Shown here: one piece after another, positions 10,115-22,481 of the stretch
Layout: each line of letters starts with the position of its first letter
Position numbering within the stretch: the first letter of the stretch is position 1
Sequence record: SRR20825019_212
Strand: one strand, 5' to 3'
DNA: 64,000 bases
Program-made: the position numbers and the translations under genes
Notes under the pieces: model-generated
Seen by the model: the letters and a program-made list of their open reading frames with translations, nothing else
The model's database searches: none
Told to the model about the DNA's origin: nothing

Positions 10115-10958
10115 TATCCCTGTGGAACTCCACTAAGCCCTCTATAGGTCTTCTTCTTATAACACCAAGAATCAGGTCGTTTCGCTCTATACAAGCTTTT
10201 AATTCGTCTTGCAAGAAATGTGCAATACTGCCCACGAAGCTTACGGGAACCTTTGTAGCCAGTTCATATTGCATAATATAGTTGTTAACGAACTGCTGTA
10301 GACCTTTTTCAATGACTCCCTTGCAGTAGGGATGCTCCTTGTTCTCTATAATGAACCTGGCAAAAGTGGCCAAATAGGTATTGGGGTTGGGCTGTTTATA
10401 TAGGTGCTCTTTGATTACATCTGCATCGAGATCGTATTCTTTGGCAAACTTCATTCCCAAATCCTGTGGCATTTTGTGGAAATAATAGTCCCTGATCAGT
10501 TTACGTCCAAAGAAATTACCACTACCATCGTCCATTAGGATATATCCCAAAGATGTTACCTTTTGTATCAATTGGTGACCATCATAATAACTACAATTGG
10601 ACCCTGTACCCAAAATACATACAATGCCCTGTCTTCCAATTTTTGTAGTGGCGTAGATGGCCGCATAGGTATCTTCCCGTACTTCTGCCTTGGCATTGGG
10701 AAAGAAATCCTTAAATATGGTCTTTAAAAAATTCTTCATTCTATCGGTTCCGCAACCGGCACCGTAGAAATAAAGCTGACGTACTTTTTCTTTGTTCTTG
10801 GACAGTTCAAAATTGTTGGCCAACCTATCCTCTATCACTTCTTTGGTAAGCACTTCCGGACTAAGTCCAAGTGTCTGGGTAACAAAAAGCTGTTCCCCTT
10901 TTTCATCAAGGGCAATCCAATCGGATTTAGTGGCGCCACTATCCACGATCAAAATCAT
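10107..10958 (-). CDS. BadF/BadG/BcrA/BcrD-family sugar kinase (N-acetylglucosamine kinase-like)
   Basis: IVDSGATKSDW, FYGAGC, CILGTGSN and GYILMDDGSG motifs; 8-nt convergent overlap with ridA. Confidence 0.85.
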   Translation of the reverse strand: MILIVDSGATKSDWIALDEKGEQLFVTQTLGLSPEVLTKEVIEDRLANNFELSKNKEKVRQLYFYGAGCGTDRMKNFLKTIFKDFFPNAKAEVREDTYAAIYATTKIGRQGIVCILGTGSNCSYYDGHQLIQKVTSLGYILMDDGSGNFFGRKLIRDYYFHKMPQDLGMKFAKEYDLDADVIKEHLYKQPNPNTYLATFARFIIENKEHPYCKGVIEKGLQQFVNNYIMQYELATKVPVSFVGSIAHFLQDELKACIERNDLILGVIRRRPIEGLVEFHRDTI

Positions 10959-10982
10959 ACGTCGAGATTTTTTATATTAAAA

Positions 10983-11014
10983 TCCTGAAGAGGGGGAAAA
11001 ATCCCTCTTCAGGA
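10983..11014 (-). terminator. Intrinsic terminator or stabilising hairpin after gap
   Basis: Perfect 12-bp stem TCCTGAAGAGGG/CCCTCTTCAGGA, followed by TTTT on the minus strand. Confidence 0.75.
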
Positions 11015-11037
11015 AAAAATTATTCTGAGATAAATAT

Positions 11038-13049
<2,012 letters not shown>

Positions 13050-13066
13050 TCAAATTTTTAAGAGAT

Positions 13067-13074
13067 CAAAACTA
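13067..13074 (-). promoter_or_regulatory. -7 element (TAGTTTTG) for pfkA-gap
   Basis: Exact TAnnTTTG match 17 nt upstream of the pfkA ATG. Confidence 0.6.
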
Positions 13075-13193
13075 GGAAACTTTATTCAAATTTTAAATGT
13101 CTTAATAATTTATTTGTTTTTAAGGCCTCTCTCAAACGTTTTCGTAATAAATTAGTACAAAAACATTTAAAAATATAAAATATATCAGATTGA

Positions 13194-16100
13194 TTATGGC
13201 CGATTTATAGGCTTTTCCGAAAAACGAATCAGGCTATCCTTCCCCATGACCTGAACCTGCCGTTCTTTAGGTAACGAATCCTCCGCTTTTGACGGCTCTT
13301 CCCGCTTATTGAACACCTTTCTCATCAACTCTCTAAAACTATCAAAATCCACCTGGTAGGACAATCCCAGTCCTTGGGTATAGCCCTGCCGTTCGGCCAA
13401 GAATTGTTGTATTTGATTTTCCCGGTTAAATATCTTGGCGCTCAATGTACCTTCATCGTTCAACAGTACTTGCACTTCCACATCTCCTGCGACCACGGTC
13501 TCCGAAACTCCTCCTACCGGCACCCCTACTCTTCCGTTCACCAAGATTCGGTCGGATAATTGGGTGGATACAGTTACCCCTATCCTGTCCTCTGTGGCAA
13601 TATCTGCATTGGGATCGTTATAGCCCTGTTCGTAGGATACACCAAAATTTAGTTTATCATTATTGCCCGATAGGATTTGATTGAAAAGTCCGGAAGCAGT
13701 CTGAATCAGGTTGCCTGTTACGGCCTGTTGATTGATCCCTCCCGATTGTGGGTTCACAAAAGTGCCCTGCGCCAGCAAGAAAAACGCATTCCTTTCCTTA
13801 ATTGTAGGGTCTTGCAATCGATATTCAAGTTCCGATTGCACAACGGATGTGGTGCCCGGAAAGTCGATATCGAACGTAATATTTGGACTTTCAAGTTCGC
13901 CATCCAATCGCACCACGACCTCGGTAGGGATTCTACCCGTGTATCCTGCGTTGTCCAAAAGTGGGGCGGGGTTGGCATTCAGGGAATATACGGCTTCCAG
14001 ACCCAATTGGGCTGCCAATGGATCTTGCTCCCATAAAATGGTACCACCTGGACGTACTTGAAACTTTTTATCGATGACACCTCCATATTTAAAGTTATAC
14101 TCCCCTGTGACCACTACGAAATCCCCATACATATTGAACTTTCCATTGGTGTTGATCTCTATCAGCAAAATACCTTCACCGGTTCCCTTCAGAGAACTCC
14201 CGGTGGTCTGATCGACCACTATCTCCACTTCAGCCTCAGGGGTTACAGCAAGGTCAAATGCCATTTCCAGTCCTTGGTATTCTTCCAGAATCCGTTCTTC
14301 TTCCAAGGCACCTTCACCTCCCCGCTCTATAAAGTTGATAAAGGAATAATCACCTACGCTGGTTACATCGCTCAATGGAATCTTTAATGAGGTTCCCCTT
14401 GCTGTGCTGGCATCAACCGATATGGTCAAGGCGTCAACGGGACCATAAATACTCCCAGTTCCATTGATAAATCCTTGTCCGTAGTACAGTGATTCCTCGT
14501 CGTACTCGGTATTCAATATCATAAAACGATCGTTTTTGGTATCAATATCCAATCCAAGATACCAATCATCAAAACCTGTATGGCTAATGGTCCCGTCCAG
14601 GGTTGCTGTGGTTCCCTCTTCCACATCCGACAATAGCACATTTTCAAAATAAAAGGTTTGATCAAAGAGCCGTACCTGAGAGCGCGGAGCAAAATCATAG
14701 TCTACGTTAAGGTATGGGATTCCGATTCCTGCATCGTTCAAGGTCAACAAACCGTTGATCGATGGATTTTTGACATCTCCTGTAATCACTGCATCCCCGC
14801 TTATAAAGCCCCGAATATTCGAGATAATATCTTGTCCCAATGGCTTAAAGGGTTCCATTGCAAAATCCTTAAAATTGGCCGTTAGGTCAAGTTCCTGTTT
14901 GTTATTGATATTGGTTACCCTACCGTTTAAGCTCATACGTTCCTTTCCATCATCATTGAGCCAAGTACTGACACCAAATTCGGTAAGATCGTTGTTCCCA
15001 TAGATTCCGACCTCCAAATCACCCATTCGCATGTCGTTGACGGTAAAGTTTTTGATATTTAGGCTGGATGTGGGCAAATAGTTGCCATCTTTCTGCAAAA
15101 TGTTGAGAAACCCCTCCACTTCTCCATTGAGCTTTAAACTATCTATAGTCGGAGTGATCTTGTTGAGGGATACCAATTTGAACTGAAGATCCAAATCTTT
15201 ATACGTTGAATCGGCCAACTCGCCCCTTAACCGGATTTGTTCCTCGTTATTGTTGTCCATCACCACATCCTCTATCCGGATGCTGTCCAAGGAACTATTG
15301 AAGATGACCTTGTTCTTGTCGTTTCCATTTTTGTTAAGTACCCACGTATTGCCTTTGAAACTGACATCAGATTTTTTTAGACCGATCACGGAACGATTGT
15401 TCTCGTTGAACGTATGGTAAAAATTGAGGTTGTAGCTGTCATTGAACTCGCTCCCTCCCTTGAACTCCGTTCTAAAGAAAAGTGTATCCTTCAAGGTGGT
15501 ATTGATCAAACTAAAATCCTTGATATCATAATACACCGTGGACATGTCCTCAACGGATACGAAGGTGTTGAACAACGGGTTTTTATTATCGATCTTTAAT
15601 TCAATATTATCGAACTTATTGCCGAACGCTTCAATACTGGGAGATCTAAAGGTGAGCTTAAAATCACTTTGGTCGGCCTGAATGGCCCCTCGGATAAACG
15701 TGTTTGCATCAAAAGCAATTTCTGGCACGAACACATCTACGATTTTATTGTAAATCTTAAAATTGAAATCGAGGTATTGCCCATCAGAAATCTTGAACGG
15801 TTGATAGTTAGTATAAATGCTACCCACTGAGTTCTGAACCAATTGGCCCAGCTCGTTGATCTTGAAGCTGCCCCTCATATACCCAGTAATAATATCCGGA
15901 GAGTTGATCTCTATGGTACGGATAGTATCGCTATCAAAAGAGGATACCACGCTAAAATCCTCAAAATAATAGGTGTCATTTTTATTTTGATATGTGGTGT
16001 TGGAAAATCGCAGTTGTCCGGCCATATCGTCCAGATTGTTGCCTTCGATATCCATGTTAACGTGCCCCTTGAAAATTGAAATGCTATCGTTGATGAATTT

Positions 16101-17669
16101 CAAGGCTTTTAAATCCGCATAATCGACAGCTGCAACAAAATTGAATTTGTTCTCACGCTCACCAAAGTTGGCCAACCCTTGAAAATCGAACCTGAAGTTT
16201 TCGTCGTTACAGAGAAGAACCCCATCGAACAATTGATTCCTTAGGATACCTGATACTTTTATTTTATTGTATTCGTAGCCATTGAATTCAAATTTGTAAA
16301 CATCACCGGAAATCTCCGTGTTCAAACTCTCTGCAACAAAGCCCTTTCCTTCCACATTCATATCCATCGACGCCAGCCCCAATTGGTCATTGTCTATAAA
16401 TTCTCCGAGATTAAAATCGATCAAGGATATAAAACCAATGTAAGAAGCATCTTCAATAGTCTGCACATTGGTCATTTGCAAATCAACATAACTATCCCCC
16501 ACTGCAGTATTCAGGTTCACGGTAACGTCTATTGAAGTTTCCGTAATCTCCGTATCGCCACGTACGGTAAATTGCCCTAGTTTTTGGACCGAAGCTGGAA
16601 TGTTGTCCCCCAAGATTTTGGGCAAAATGCTCCGTAGCTGGTAATAGCTGGAGGTCAGGTTATCTATATCGCCCCGCAGTACGAAAGGAGCCTGCTCGCT
16701 GAACATGTTGTCGAACCTAAAATCTCCCCGTATACCCGTATTGTCCGTAAAAAGAAACAGATCATCTACTTGGAGCTGATTAAGTTTACCGCTAAAATCC
16801 CCAGTGAAGTTCACAATCTTATCTTGCCCAAACTCATCAAAAAAAGCATTCACTTCGTTAAGGGCAACAGTGGATTCTGTAAAATTCGCCTCTATTTCCA
16901 CCAAGTCCACAAAGTTTGCCAAATCCTCACGTTCGTACTTAAACATGAGGTTCCCTTTGAGCTCGGACTGTTCGGTATCTATCAAGAGGGAATCAAAACG
17001 CATGTATTCCGTGGTATATTGAAAATCCGCAGCAAGTTTCTCTAACCGGATTCCCCTTTTGGCCAACGTGGACAAGTTTTCAATTTTTAAAGAAACATCC
17101 GGCCCAAGGATTTGAAAATCATGTGCCAGAATATCTATTTCGGAAAAGTTCAACACTTCGGCAGCTTCCAAGTTTTCATCTACCAACCTGAACTTTCCAT
17201 TATGGATCTCTACCTCTCCCGACGACAAGAAAAATGGAGGAGTGCCTGGGTCACGAGGTTTTCCATCATCCAACTTATCCACAAAAACATCCAAATTAGT
17301 CTGAGATTCGTCTTTGTAAGTCTTTAAATTGAAGGTGAGACCGTCCAATTCCATATCGCCAAACTCCATTTTGTTATTAGCCATGTTCCGAAGGTTTAGA
17401 ACCGAGGTAGTGAGTTTGCGTATATAAAAAAGAGTGTCCTGTTTGTAGTCTTCCACATAAACACCCTTTAAGCCCGCATTTAAATTAAAGATTGATATAC
17501 TTACCCGATCAATTTGGATATTGGTCCCAAACTCCTGGTTCAACCTATCCGTTGCATATTTTCCCAGTCTGGTCTGGACCGATGGCATGGAAAGCACCAA
17601 TGACCCCAAAACCAGAATAAGGATGATGGCCATTAGGATACGCAACAGTATTTTACGAAGTTTTTTGAT
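13194..17669 (-). CDS. tamB: Translocation/assembly module TamB-family protein; start uncertain (TTG 17645 or ATC 17669)
   Basis: About 1490 aa, N-terminal anchor followed by PSVQT, long beta-rich body, DUF490-like C-terminus (QGYTQGLGLSYQVDF). Confidence 0.85.
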   Translation of the reverse strand: MKKLRKILLRILMAIILILVLGSLVLSMPSVQTRLGKYATDRLNQEFGTNIQIDRVSISIFNLNAGLKGVYVEDYKQDTLFYIRKLTTSVLNLRNMANNKMEFGDMELDGLTFNLKTYKDESQTNLDVFVDKLDDGKPRDPGTPPFFLSSGEVEIHNGKFRLVDENLEAAEVLNFSEIDILAHDFQILGPDVSLKIENLSTLAKRGIRLEKLAADFQYTTEYMRFDSLLIDTEQSELKGNLMFKYEREDLANFVDLVEIEANFTESTVALNEVNAFFDEFGQDKIVNFTGDFSGKLNQLQVDDLFLFTDNTGIRGDFRFDNMFSEQAPFVLRGDIDNLTSSYYQLRSILPKILGDNIPASVQKLGQFTVRGDTEITETSIDVTVNLNTAVGDSYVDLQMTNVQTIEDASYIGFISLIDFNLGEFIDNDQLGLASMDMNVEGKGFVAESLNTEISGDVYKFEFNGYEYNKIKVSGILRNQLFDGVLLCNDENFRFDFQGLANFGERENKFNFVAAVDYADLKALKFINDSISIFKGHVNMDIEGNNLDDMAGQLRFSNTTYQNKNDTYYFEDFSVVSSFDSDTIRTIEINSPDIITGYMRGSFKINELGQLVQNSVGSIYTNYQPFKISDGQYLDFNFKIYNKIVDVFVPEIAFDANTFIRGAIQADQSDFKLTFRSPSIEAFGNKFDNIELKIDNKNPLFNTFVSVEDMSTVYYDIKDFSLINTTLKDTLFFRTEFKGGSEFNDSYNLNFYHTFNENNRSVIGLKKSDVSFKGNTWVLNKNGNDKNKVIFNSSLDSIRIEDVVMDNNNEEQIRLRGELADSTYKDLDLQFKLVSLNKITPTIDSLKLNGEVEGFLNILQKDGNYLPTSSLNIKNFTVNDMRMGDLEVGIYGNNDLTEFGVSTWLNDDGKERMSLNGRVTNINNKQELDLTANFKDFAMEPFKPLGQDIISNIRGFISGDAVITGDVKNPSINGLLTLNDAGIGIPYLNVDYDFAPRSQVRLFDQTFYFENVLLSDVEEGTTATLDGTISHTGFDDWYLGLDIDTKNDRFMILNTEYDEESLYYGQGFINGTGSIYGPVDALTISVDASTARGTSLKIPLSDVTSVGDYSFINFIERGGEGALEEERILEEYQGLEMAFDLAVTPEAEVEIVVDQTTGSSLKGTGEGILLIEINTNGKFNMYGDFVVVTGEYNFKYGGVIDKKFQVRPGGTILWEQDPLAAQLGLEAVYSLNANPAPLLDNAGYTGRIPTEVVVRLDGELESPNITFDIDFPGTTSVVQSELEYRLQDPTIKERNAFFLLAQGTFVNPQSGGINQQAVTGNLIQTASGLFNQILSGNNDKLNFGVSYEQGYNDPNADIATEDRIGVTVSTQLSDRILVNGRVGVPVGGVSETVVAGDVEVQVLLNDEGTLSAKIFNRENQIQQFLAERQGYTQGLGLSYQVDFDSFRELMRKVFNKREEPSKAEDSLPKERQVQVMGKDSLIRFSEKPINRP

Positions 17670-17684
17670 AGGGCTTTTATGTTT

Positions 17685-17692
17685 TACCTTTG
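17685..17692 (+). promoter_or_regulatory. -7 element (TACCTTTG) upstream of tsaD
   Basis: Exact TAnnTTTG match 25 nt before the GTG start. Confidence 0.55.
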
Positions 17693-17717
17693 ATGACCAA
17701 TTTTTGTTCCAAAACCT

Positions 17718-18746
17718 GTGGAAAATTCAAAAAAATATATTCTAGCAATCGAATCATCCTGCGATGATACTTCGGCGGCCGTTCTTTGCAATACAAAAGT
17801 ACTGAGCAATGTTGTAGCCACACAAGAAATTCACAAGCAATATGGGGGTGTTGTCCCAGAATTGGCATCCAGGGCACATCAACAAAATATTGTTCCCGTA
17901 GTGCACCAAGCCTTGGCCAAGGCAAATATCGATAAAAAACAACTATCTGCCATAGCCTTTACCAGAGGTCCCGGACTTATGGGGTCATTGTTGGTCGGGA
18001 CTTCATTTGCCAAGTCGTTGGCCCTGGGACTGAACATTCCCTTGATCGAGGTCAACCATATGGAAGCCCATATCCTGGCTCATTTTATCGAGGATGACGC
18101 CCAACGCTCCCCCACATTTCCTTTTTTGGCCATGACCATTAGTGGTGGCCATACACAAATTGTGAAGGTTACCGACCACTTTACCATGGAAGTTTTGGGT
18201 GAGACCTTGGACGATGCCGTTGGCGAAGCGTTCGATAAAAGCGCCAAATTAATGGGACTGCCCTATCCTGGAGGCCCGCTCATCGACAAGTATGCCAAAC
18301 TTGGAGACCCAACTGCATTTGCCTTTCCCAAACCAAAGGTTGATGGACTGAATTTCAGTTTTAGCGGATTAAAAACCAGTATTCTTTACTTTTTGCAACG
18401 CGAGACCCAAAAGAACCCTGATTTTGTTGATCAAAACATAAACGACATATGCGCTTCGGTACAATATACTATTTTAGAAATTCTAATGGAAAAGCTTCAA
18501 ATCGCTGTTGAGCAGACCCATATAACCCAAATCGCCATTGGTGGCGGAGTGGCCGCCAATTCGGGAATCCGCGGTAGATTAAGAGATGCCGAGGAAAAGT
18601 TGGGCTGGCAAACCTTTATTCCTAAATTTGAGTATTGCACGGACAATGCCGCCATGATCGGTATTGTAGGCTATCTCAAATTCAACAAAGGGGAGTTTTC
18701 CCATCAAAATATTGCTGCCAAGGCACGATATGCCATCGGCAGCTAA
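17718..18746 (+). CDS. tsaD: tRNA N6-adenosine threonylcarbamoyltransferase
   Basis: LAIESSCDDT, GGVVPELASRAH, NHMEAH, SGGHT, DDAVGEAFDK and CTDNAAMI motifs. Confidence 0.97.
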   Translation: MENSKKYILAIESSCDDTSAAVLCNTKVLSNVVATQEIHKQYGGVVPELASRAHQQNIVPVVHQALAKANIDKKQLSAIAFTRGPGLMGSLLVGTSFAKSLALGLNIPLIEVNHMEAHILAHFIEDDAQRSPTFPFLAMTISGGHTQIVKVTDHFTMEVLGETLDDAVGEAFDKSAKLMGLPYPGGPLIDKYAKLGDPTAFAFPKPKVDGLNFSFSGLKTSILYFLQRETQKNPDFVDQNINDICASVQYTILEILMEKLQIAVEQTHITQIAIGGGVAANSGIRGRLRDAEEKLGWQTFIPKFEYCTDNAAMIGIVGYLKFNKGEFSHQNIAAKARYAIGS

Positions 18747-18763
18747 CTATTTAAACCTTAGCT

Positions 18764-19471
18764 ATGCAACTTTTTTACAACGCCAAATTGGACAATAGTG
18801 CCAAGCAATTTGTTTTTCCTCCTGACGAAAGCAAACACATCGTAAAGGTGCTCAGAAAATCCGAAGGGGATACCGTCCAAATTACAAATGGCAAAGGCTA
18901 CCTGTTCGAAGCAGAGATTTTGGAGGCGGATCAAAAAAGATGCAAAGTGCGCATTATTTCGGAAAGTAGGACCATTCCCAAAAGGTATAAACTGCACATG
19001 GCAGTGGCACCTACCAAAATGAACGATCGTTATGAATGGTTTTTGGAAAAGGCCACGGAAATTGGCGTGGATGAGATTACCCCTATTATTTGTGACCATT
19101 CCGAAAGAAAGACCATCAAACTGGAGCGGATGGAAAGAGTGCTGCAATCGGCCATGAAACAATCTTTGCAAACCATTTTACCCAAGATCAACCCGCCCAT
19201 TTCCTATAAAGAGTTCATTGAAACGAATATTTCTGTGGGCTTCAAGTTCATAGCACATTGCCAGAACGGGGAAAAGATGGAATTAAAACGAAGAGTTATC
19301 GCAGATAACGATGTCACCATACTTATTGGTCCAGAAGGTGACTTCTCCAAGGATGAAATCGACCTGGCCAAAGAAAAGGGGTATATCCCCATTTCCTTAG
19401 GTCAAAATAGGCTTCGTACCGAGACTGCTGCCATTGTGGCTTGCACAACAGTTGCCATTATCAACAACTAA
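18764..19471 (+). CDS. rsmE: 16S rRNA m3U1498 methyltransferase
   Basis: HIVKVLR, EKATEIGV, IGPEGDF and LRTETA motifs. Confidence 0.95.
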   Translation: MQLFYNAKLDNSAKQFVFPPDESKHIVKVLRKSEGDTVQITNGKGYLFEAEILEADQKRCKVRIISESRTIPKRYKLHMAVAPTKMNDRYEWFLEKATEIGVDEITPIICDHSERKTIKLERMERVLQSAMKQSLQTILPKINPPISYKEFIETNISVGFKFIAHCQNGEKMELKRRVIADNDVTILIGPEGDFSKDEIDLAKEKGYIPISLGQNRLRTETAAIVACTTVAIINN

Positions 19472-19534
19472 ACACCGGCACTTCATTTTTTTACAAATGA
19501 TTATCCTATTTTTAGGGTCGGTTAACCGTTTCTC

Positions 19535-20185
19535 ATGAAAAAGAATATGTTATTAATGGGTTTGCTACTTTTATTTATAACAAATCCAACAACCGCCCAA
19601 CAAATAGCCATACTCAAATACGGAGGTGGCGGTGATTGGTATTCAAACCCCACCGCACTACCTAATTTGATACAGTTCTGCAATACTAACATAGATACCA
19701 AAATAGATGTGCAACCCGAAACTGTTGAGGCCGGGAGCGTTTCTATATTCAAATATCCATTTTTGCACATGACCGGACATGGAAATGTATTTTTTAATGA
19801 TGGAGAAGTCCAAAATTTACGGACCTATCTTTTATCCGGCGGGTTTCTGCATATTGATGACAACTACGGTATGGAACCCTATTTAAAAAGGGAACTGGAA
19901 AAGCTGTTCCCGGACAGACAGTTGGAAGAGCTTGGGGTGGACCATCCTATTTTTTCCCAAAAATTCACTTTTCCGGATGGGTTGCCCAAAATCCATGAAC
20001 ACGACGGCAAGCGTCCTCAGGCGTTCGGCATCTTTGAAAAGGGACGGCTTGTTTTGCTGTATACCTACGAATCCGATCTTGGTGATGGCTGGGAAGATCC
20101 TACCGTACATAACGACCCTGAAGAAGTTAGGACAAAGGCTCTTCAAATGGGGTCAAATATAATTGAGTATGTTTTTAAAGGTTGA
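19535..20185 (+). CDS. DUF4159-domain secreted protein
   Basis: Signal peptide; KYGGGGDWY, YPFLHMTGHG, GGFLHIDD and DLGDGWED motifs. Confidence 0.8.
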   Translation: MKKNMLLMGLLLLFITNPTTAQQIAILKYGGGGDWYSNPTALPNLIQFCNTNIDTKIDVQPETVEAGSVSIFKYPFLHMTGHGNVFFNDGEVQNLRTYLLSGGFLHIDDNYGMEPYLKRELEKLFPDRQLEELGVDHPIFSQKFTFPDGLPKIHEHDGKRPQAFGIFEKGRLVLLYTYESDLGDGWEDPTVHNDPEEVRTKALQMGSNIIEYVFKG

Positions 20186-20188
20186 TCA

Positions 20189-21289
20189 ATGAACTCCAAA
20201 ACAATAGCCAACGGAATATTGAGGGCAGTAGCCATAATGGTAGGTGCAGTACTCATTTGCTGGTTCTTTTATAAAATACAGTCCGTACTGGCCTATTTGG
20301 CCATAGCCGCCGTAATAGCGTTGCTGGGGCGCCCCATTGTTAGATTTTTGAGGGATAGGCTAAGATTTCCGAACACATTGGCAGTAGTGGTCACCATGAT
20401 ATTCATGTTGTCCCTTTTCTTGGGAATACTTGCGCTATTTATCCCGCTTGTTGCCGAACAGAGCAAAAACCTTTCCCTATTGGATATGGAAACGCTCAAG
20501 AGCGACCTTAATGTGCTCTACCTTCAGGCATTGGATTATTTTGGAGCATCCACACGGAGCGTGAACAATATGCTGGACGAATCTAAAATCGAAGAAAACG
20601 TGCTCAAGGGACTGGATCTAAAATTCATTCCCAACTTCATCAATTCGATTGTCAATGTTTTGAGCAATTTTAGCATTGGTCTATTTTCAGTACTCTTCAT
20701 CTCCTTCTTTTTTTTAAAGGACAGTAAATTGATGCAAAACGGTATCCTTACTTTTGTTCCCGATAACAAGGAAAGTAATCTGGTTAAATCCGTTGAAAAG
20801 ATCAATAATTTACTTTCAAGATATTTTGCCGGTATACTACTACAATTGTTTATTCTCTTTGTAATTTACACTATATCACTCTTGATTGTAGGAGTTGAAA
20901 ACGCCATCGTGATCGCATTCCTCTGTGCCCTTTTCAATATCATTCCATACATAGGTCCGATCATAGGTGGTGTAACTATGGTTCTTTTAACAATGACCAC
21001 TTTTATCGATGCCGATTTCAGCACCGTAATTCTCCCAAAAGCAGTGTTTGTTTTAATAGGTTTAACGGTGGGACAATTGATAGATAATTTCTTTTCCCAA
21101 CCCTTTATTTTTTCCACAAGTGTTAAATCGCATCCGTTGGAAATCTTCTTGATCATTATCATCGCCGGACTTCTTTTTGGCGTGGTGGGAATGGTTGTCG
21201 CAGTTCCCGGATACACGGCGATAAAGGTAATTTTGAAGGAGTTCTTAGCCGAAAACTCCTTTGTTAAAAAACTAACCAAGAATTTATAG
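20189..21289 (+). CDS. AI-2E (UPF0118) family transporter
   Basis: Multiple TM helices; IPYIGPIIG, QLIDN and HPLEI motifs. Confidence 0.88.
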   Translation: MNSKTIANGILRAVAIMVGAVLICWFFYKIQSVLAYLAIAAVIALLGRPIVRFLRDRLRFPNTLAVVVTMIFMLSLFLGILALFIPLVAEQSKNLSLLDMETLKSDLNVLYLQALDYFGASTRSVNNMLDESKIEENVLKGLDLKFIPNFINSIVNVLSNFSIGLFSVLFISFFFLKDSKLMQNGILTFVPDNKESNLVKSVEKINNLLSRYFAGILLQLFILFVIYTISLLIVGVENAIVIAFLCALFNIIPYIGPIIGGVTMVLLTMTTFIDADFSTVILPKAVFVLIGLTVGQLIDNFFSQPFIFSTSVKSHPLEIFLIIIIAGLLFGVVGMVVAVPGYTAIKVILKEFLAENSFVKKLTKNL

Positions 21290-21296
21290 TTTTAGT

Positions 21297-22481
21297 TTGA
21301 ATAAATTAATTTTAAATACTGGTCCGCAAGGTTTTATATTAAAAAATATTTCAGCTGACATCATGTCAGTTTTATTGACAAAACCTGCTTTTGAGGGAAT
21401 TCTCCAAAAAGAGTTGGCGGAACAGATAGAAGCGAAAAATAAGTGTAAGGAAAAACTCCCAACTTGGTTCCACGCACCACACATTTATTACCCCAATAAG
21501 TTAAATATTGAGCAAACCAGCTCAGAGATTACAGCAGCATATAAAGCCAAGTTAACAGATGGAAAATCACTCTTGGATGTTACCGGAGGGTTTGGTGTTG
21601 ACAGCTACTTTTTTTCCAAAAGAATCACCACCATTTTTCACTGCGAAATCAATAAGGATTTGAGTGAAATTGCATGCCATAATTTTAAAGTTTTAGGGCA
21701 AAAAAATATTGAATGTCTTCCTGAGGACGGTATTGAATACTTAAAAAATTCCTCCTATAATTTTGATTGGATATATGTAGATCCTTCTCGAAGAAATGAT
21801 GCAAAAGGAAAAGTATTTTTGTTGGAAGATTGTCTGCCCAACCTACCCAAAAATCTCCCCTTACTTTTTCAAAAAGCCCAGAATATATTGGTAAAAACTT
21901 CACCTCTTTTGGATATAAAATTGGGTGTTGAAGCGTTGAATTTTGTGAAGGAAGTAGATGTAGTTGCCGTTCAAAATGAAGTAAAGGAACTTTTGTTTGT
22001 TTTGGAAAAGGAGTACCATGGAAGTATCAAAATAAGAACCACAAACATTACTCAGGTACGGGAAGAGGCCTTCGATTTTGAACTGGAACAAGAGCAAGGT
22101 TCCCAAGTTGATTTTGGAGAACCATCATCCTACTTGTATGAGCCCAATGCCGCTATTTTAAAGTCAGGAGGGTTCAAATCCGTTGGAAAGAGCTACAACC
22201 TTGCCAAATTACATCCTCATTCCCATTTGTATACTTCGGATAATATCATTGACTTTCCTGGAAGAAGATTTAAAGTTATACAAGCATTGCCCTATTCAAA
22301 AAAATCAGTTAAATCAATGGGGTTGACCAAGGCAAATATTACTACACGCAATTTCCCCATATCAGTGGCCGAGCTCCGCAAGAAACATAAAATAAAGGAT
22401 GGTGGAAATAGGTACCTTTTCTTCACCAAATCCATCAATAATTCATTGCTAGTATTGGATTGCGAAAAAATACAGGACTAG
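21297..22481 (+). CDS. Class I SAM-dependent methyltransferase with a C-terminal THUMP-like domain
   Basis: EQTSSE, DVTGGFGVD, YVDPSRR, KTSPLLD and YEPNAAILK motifs. Confidence 0.82.
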   Translation: MNKLILNTGPQGFILKNISADIMSVLLTKPAFEGILQKELAEQIEAKNKCKEKLPTWFHAPHIYYPNKLNIEQTSSEITAAYKAKLTDGKSLLDVTGGFGVDSYFFSKRITTIFHCEINKDLSEIACHNFKVLGQKNIECLPEDGIEYLKNSSYNFDWIYVDPSRRNDAKGKVFLLEDCLPNLPKNLPLLFQKAQNILVKTSPLLDIKLGVEALNFVKEVDVVAVQNEVKELLFVLEKEYHGSIKIRTTNITQVREEAFDFELEQEQGSQVDFGEPSSYLYEPNAAILKSGGFKSVGKSYNLAKLHPHSHLYTSDNIIDFPGRRFKVIQALPYSKKSVKSMGLTKANITTRNFPISVAELRKKHKIKDGGNRYLFFTKSINNSLLVLDCEKIQD

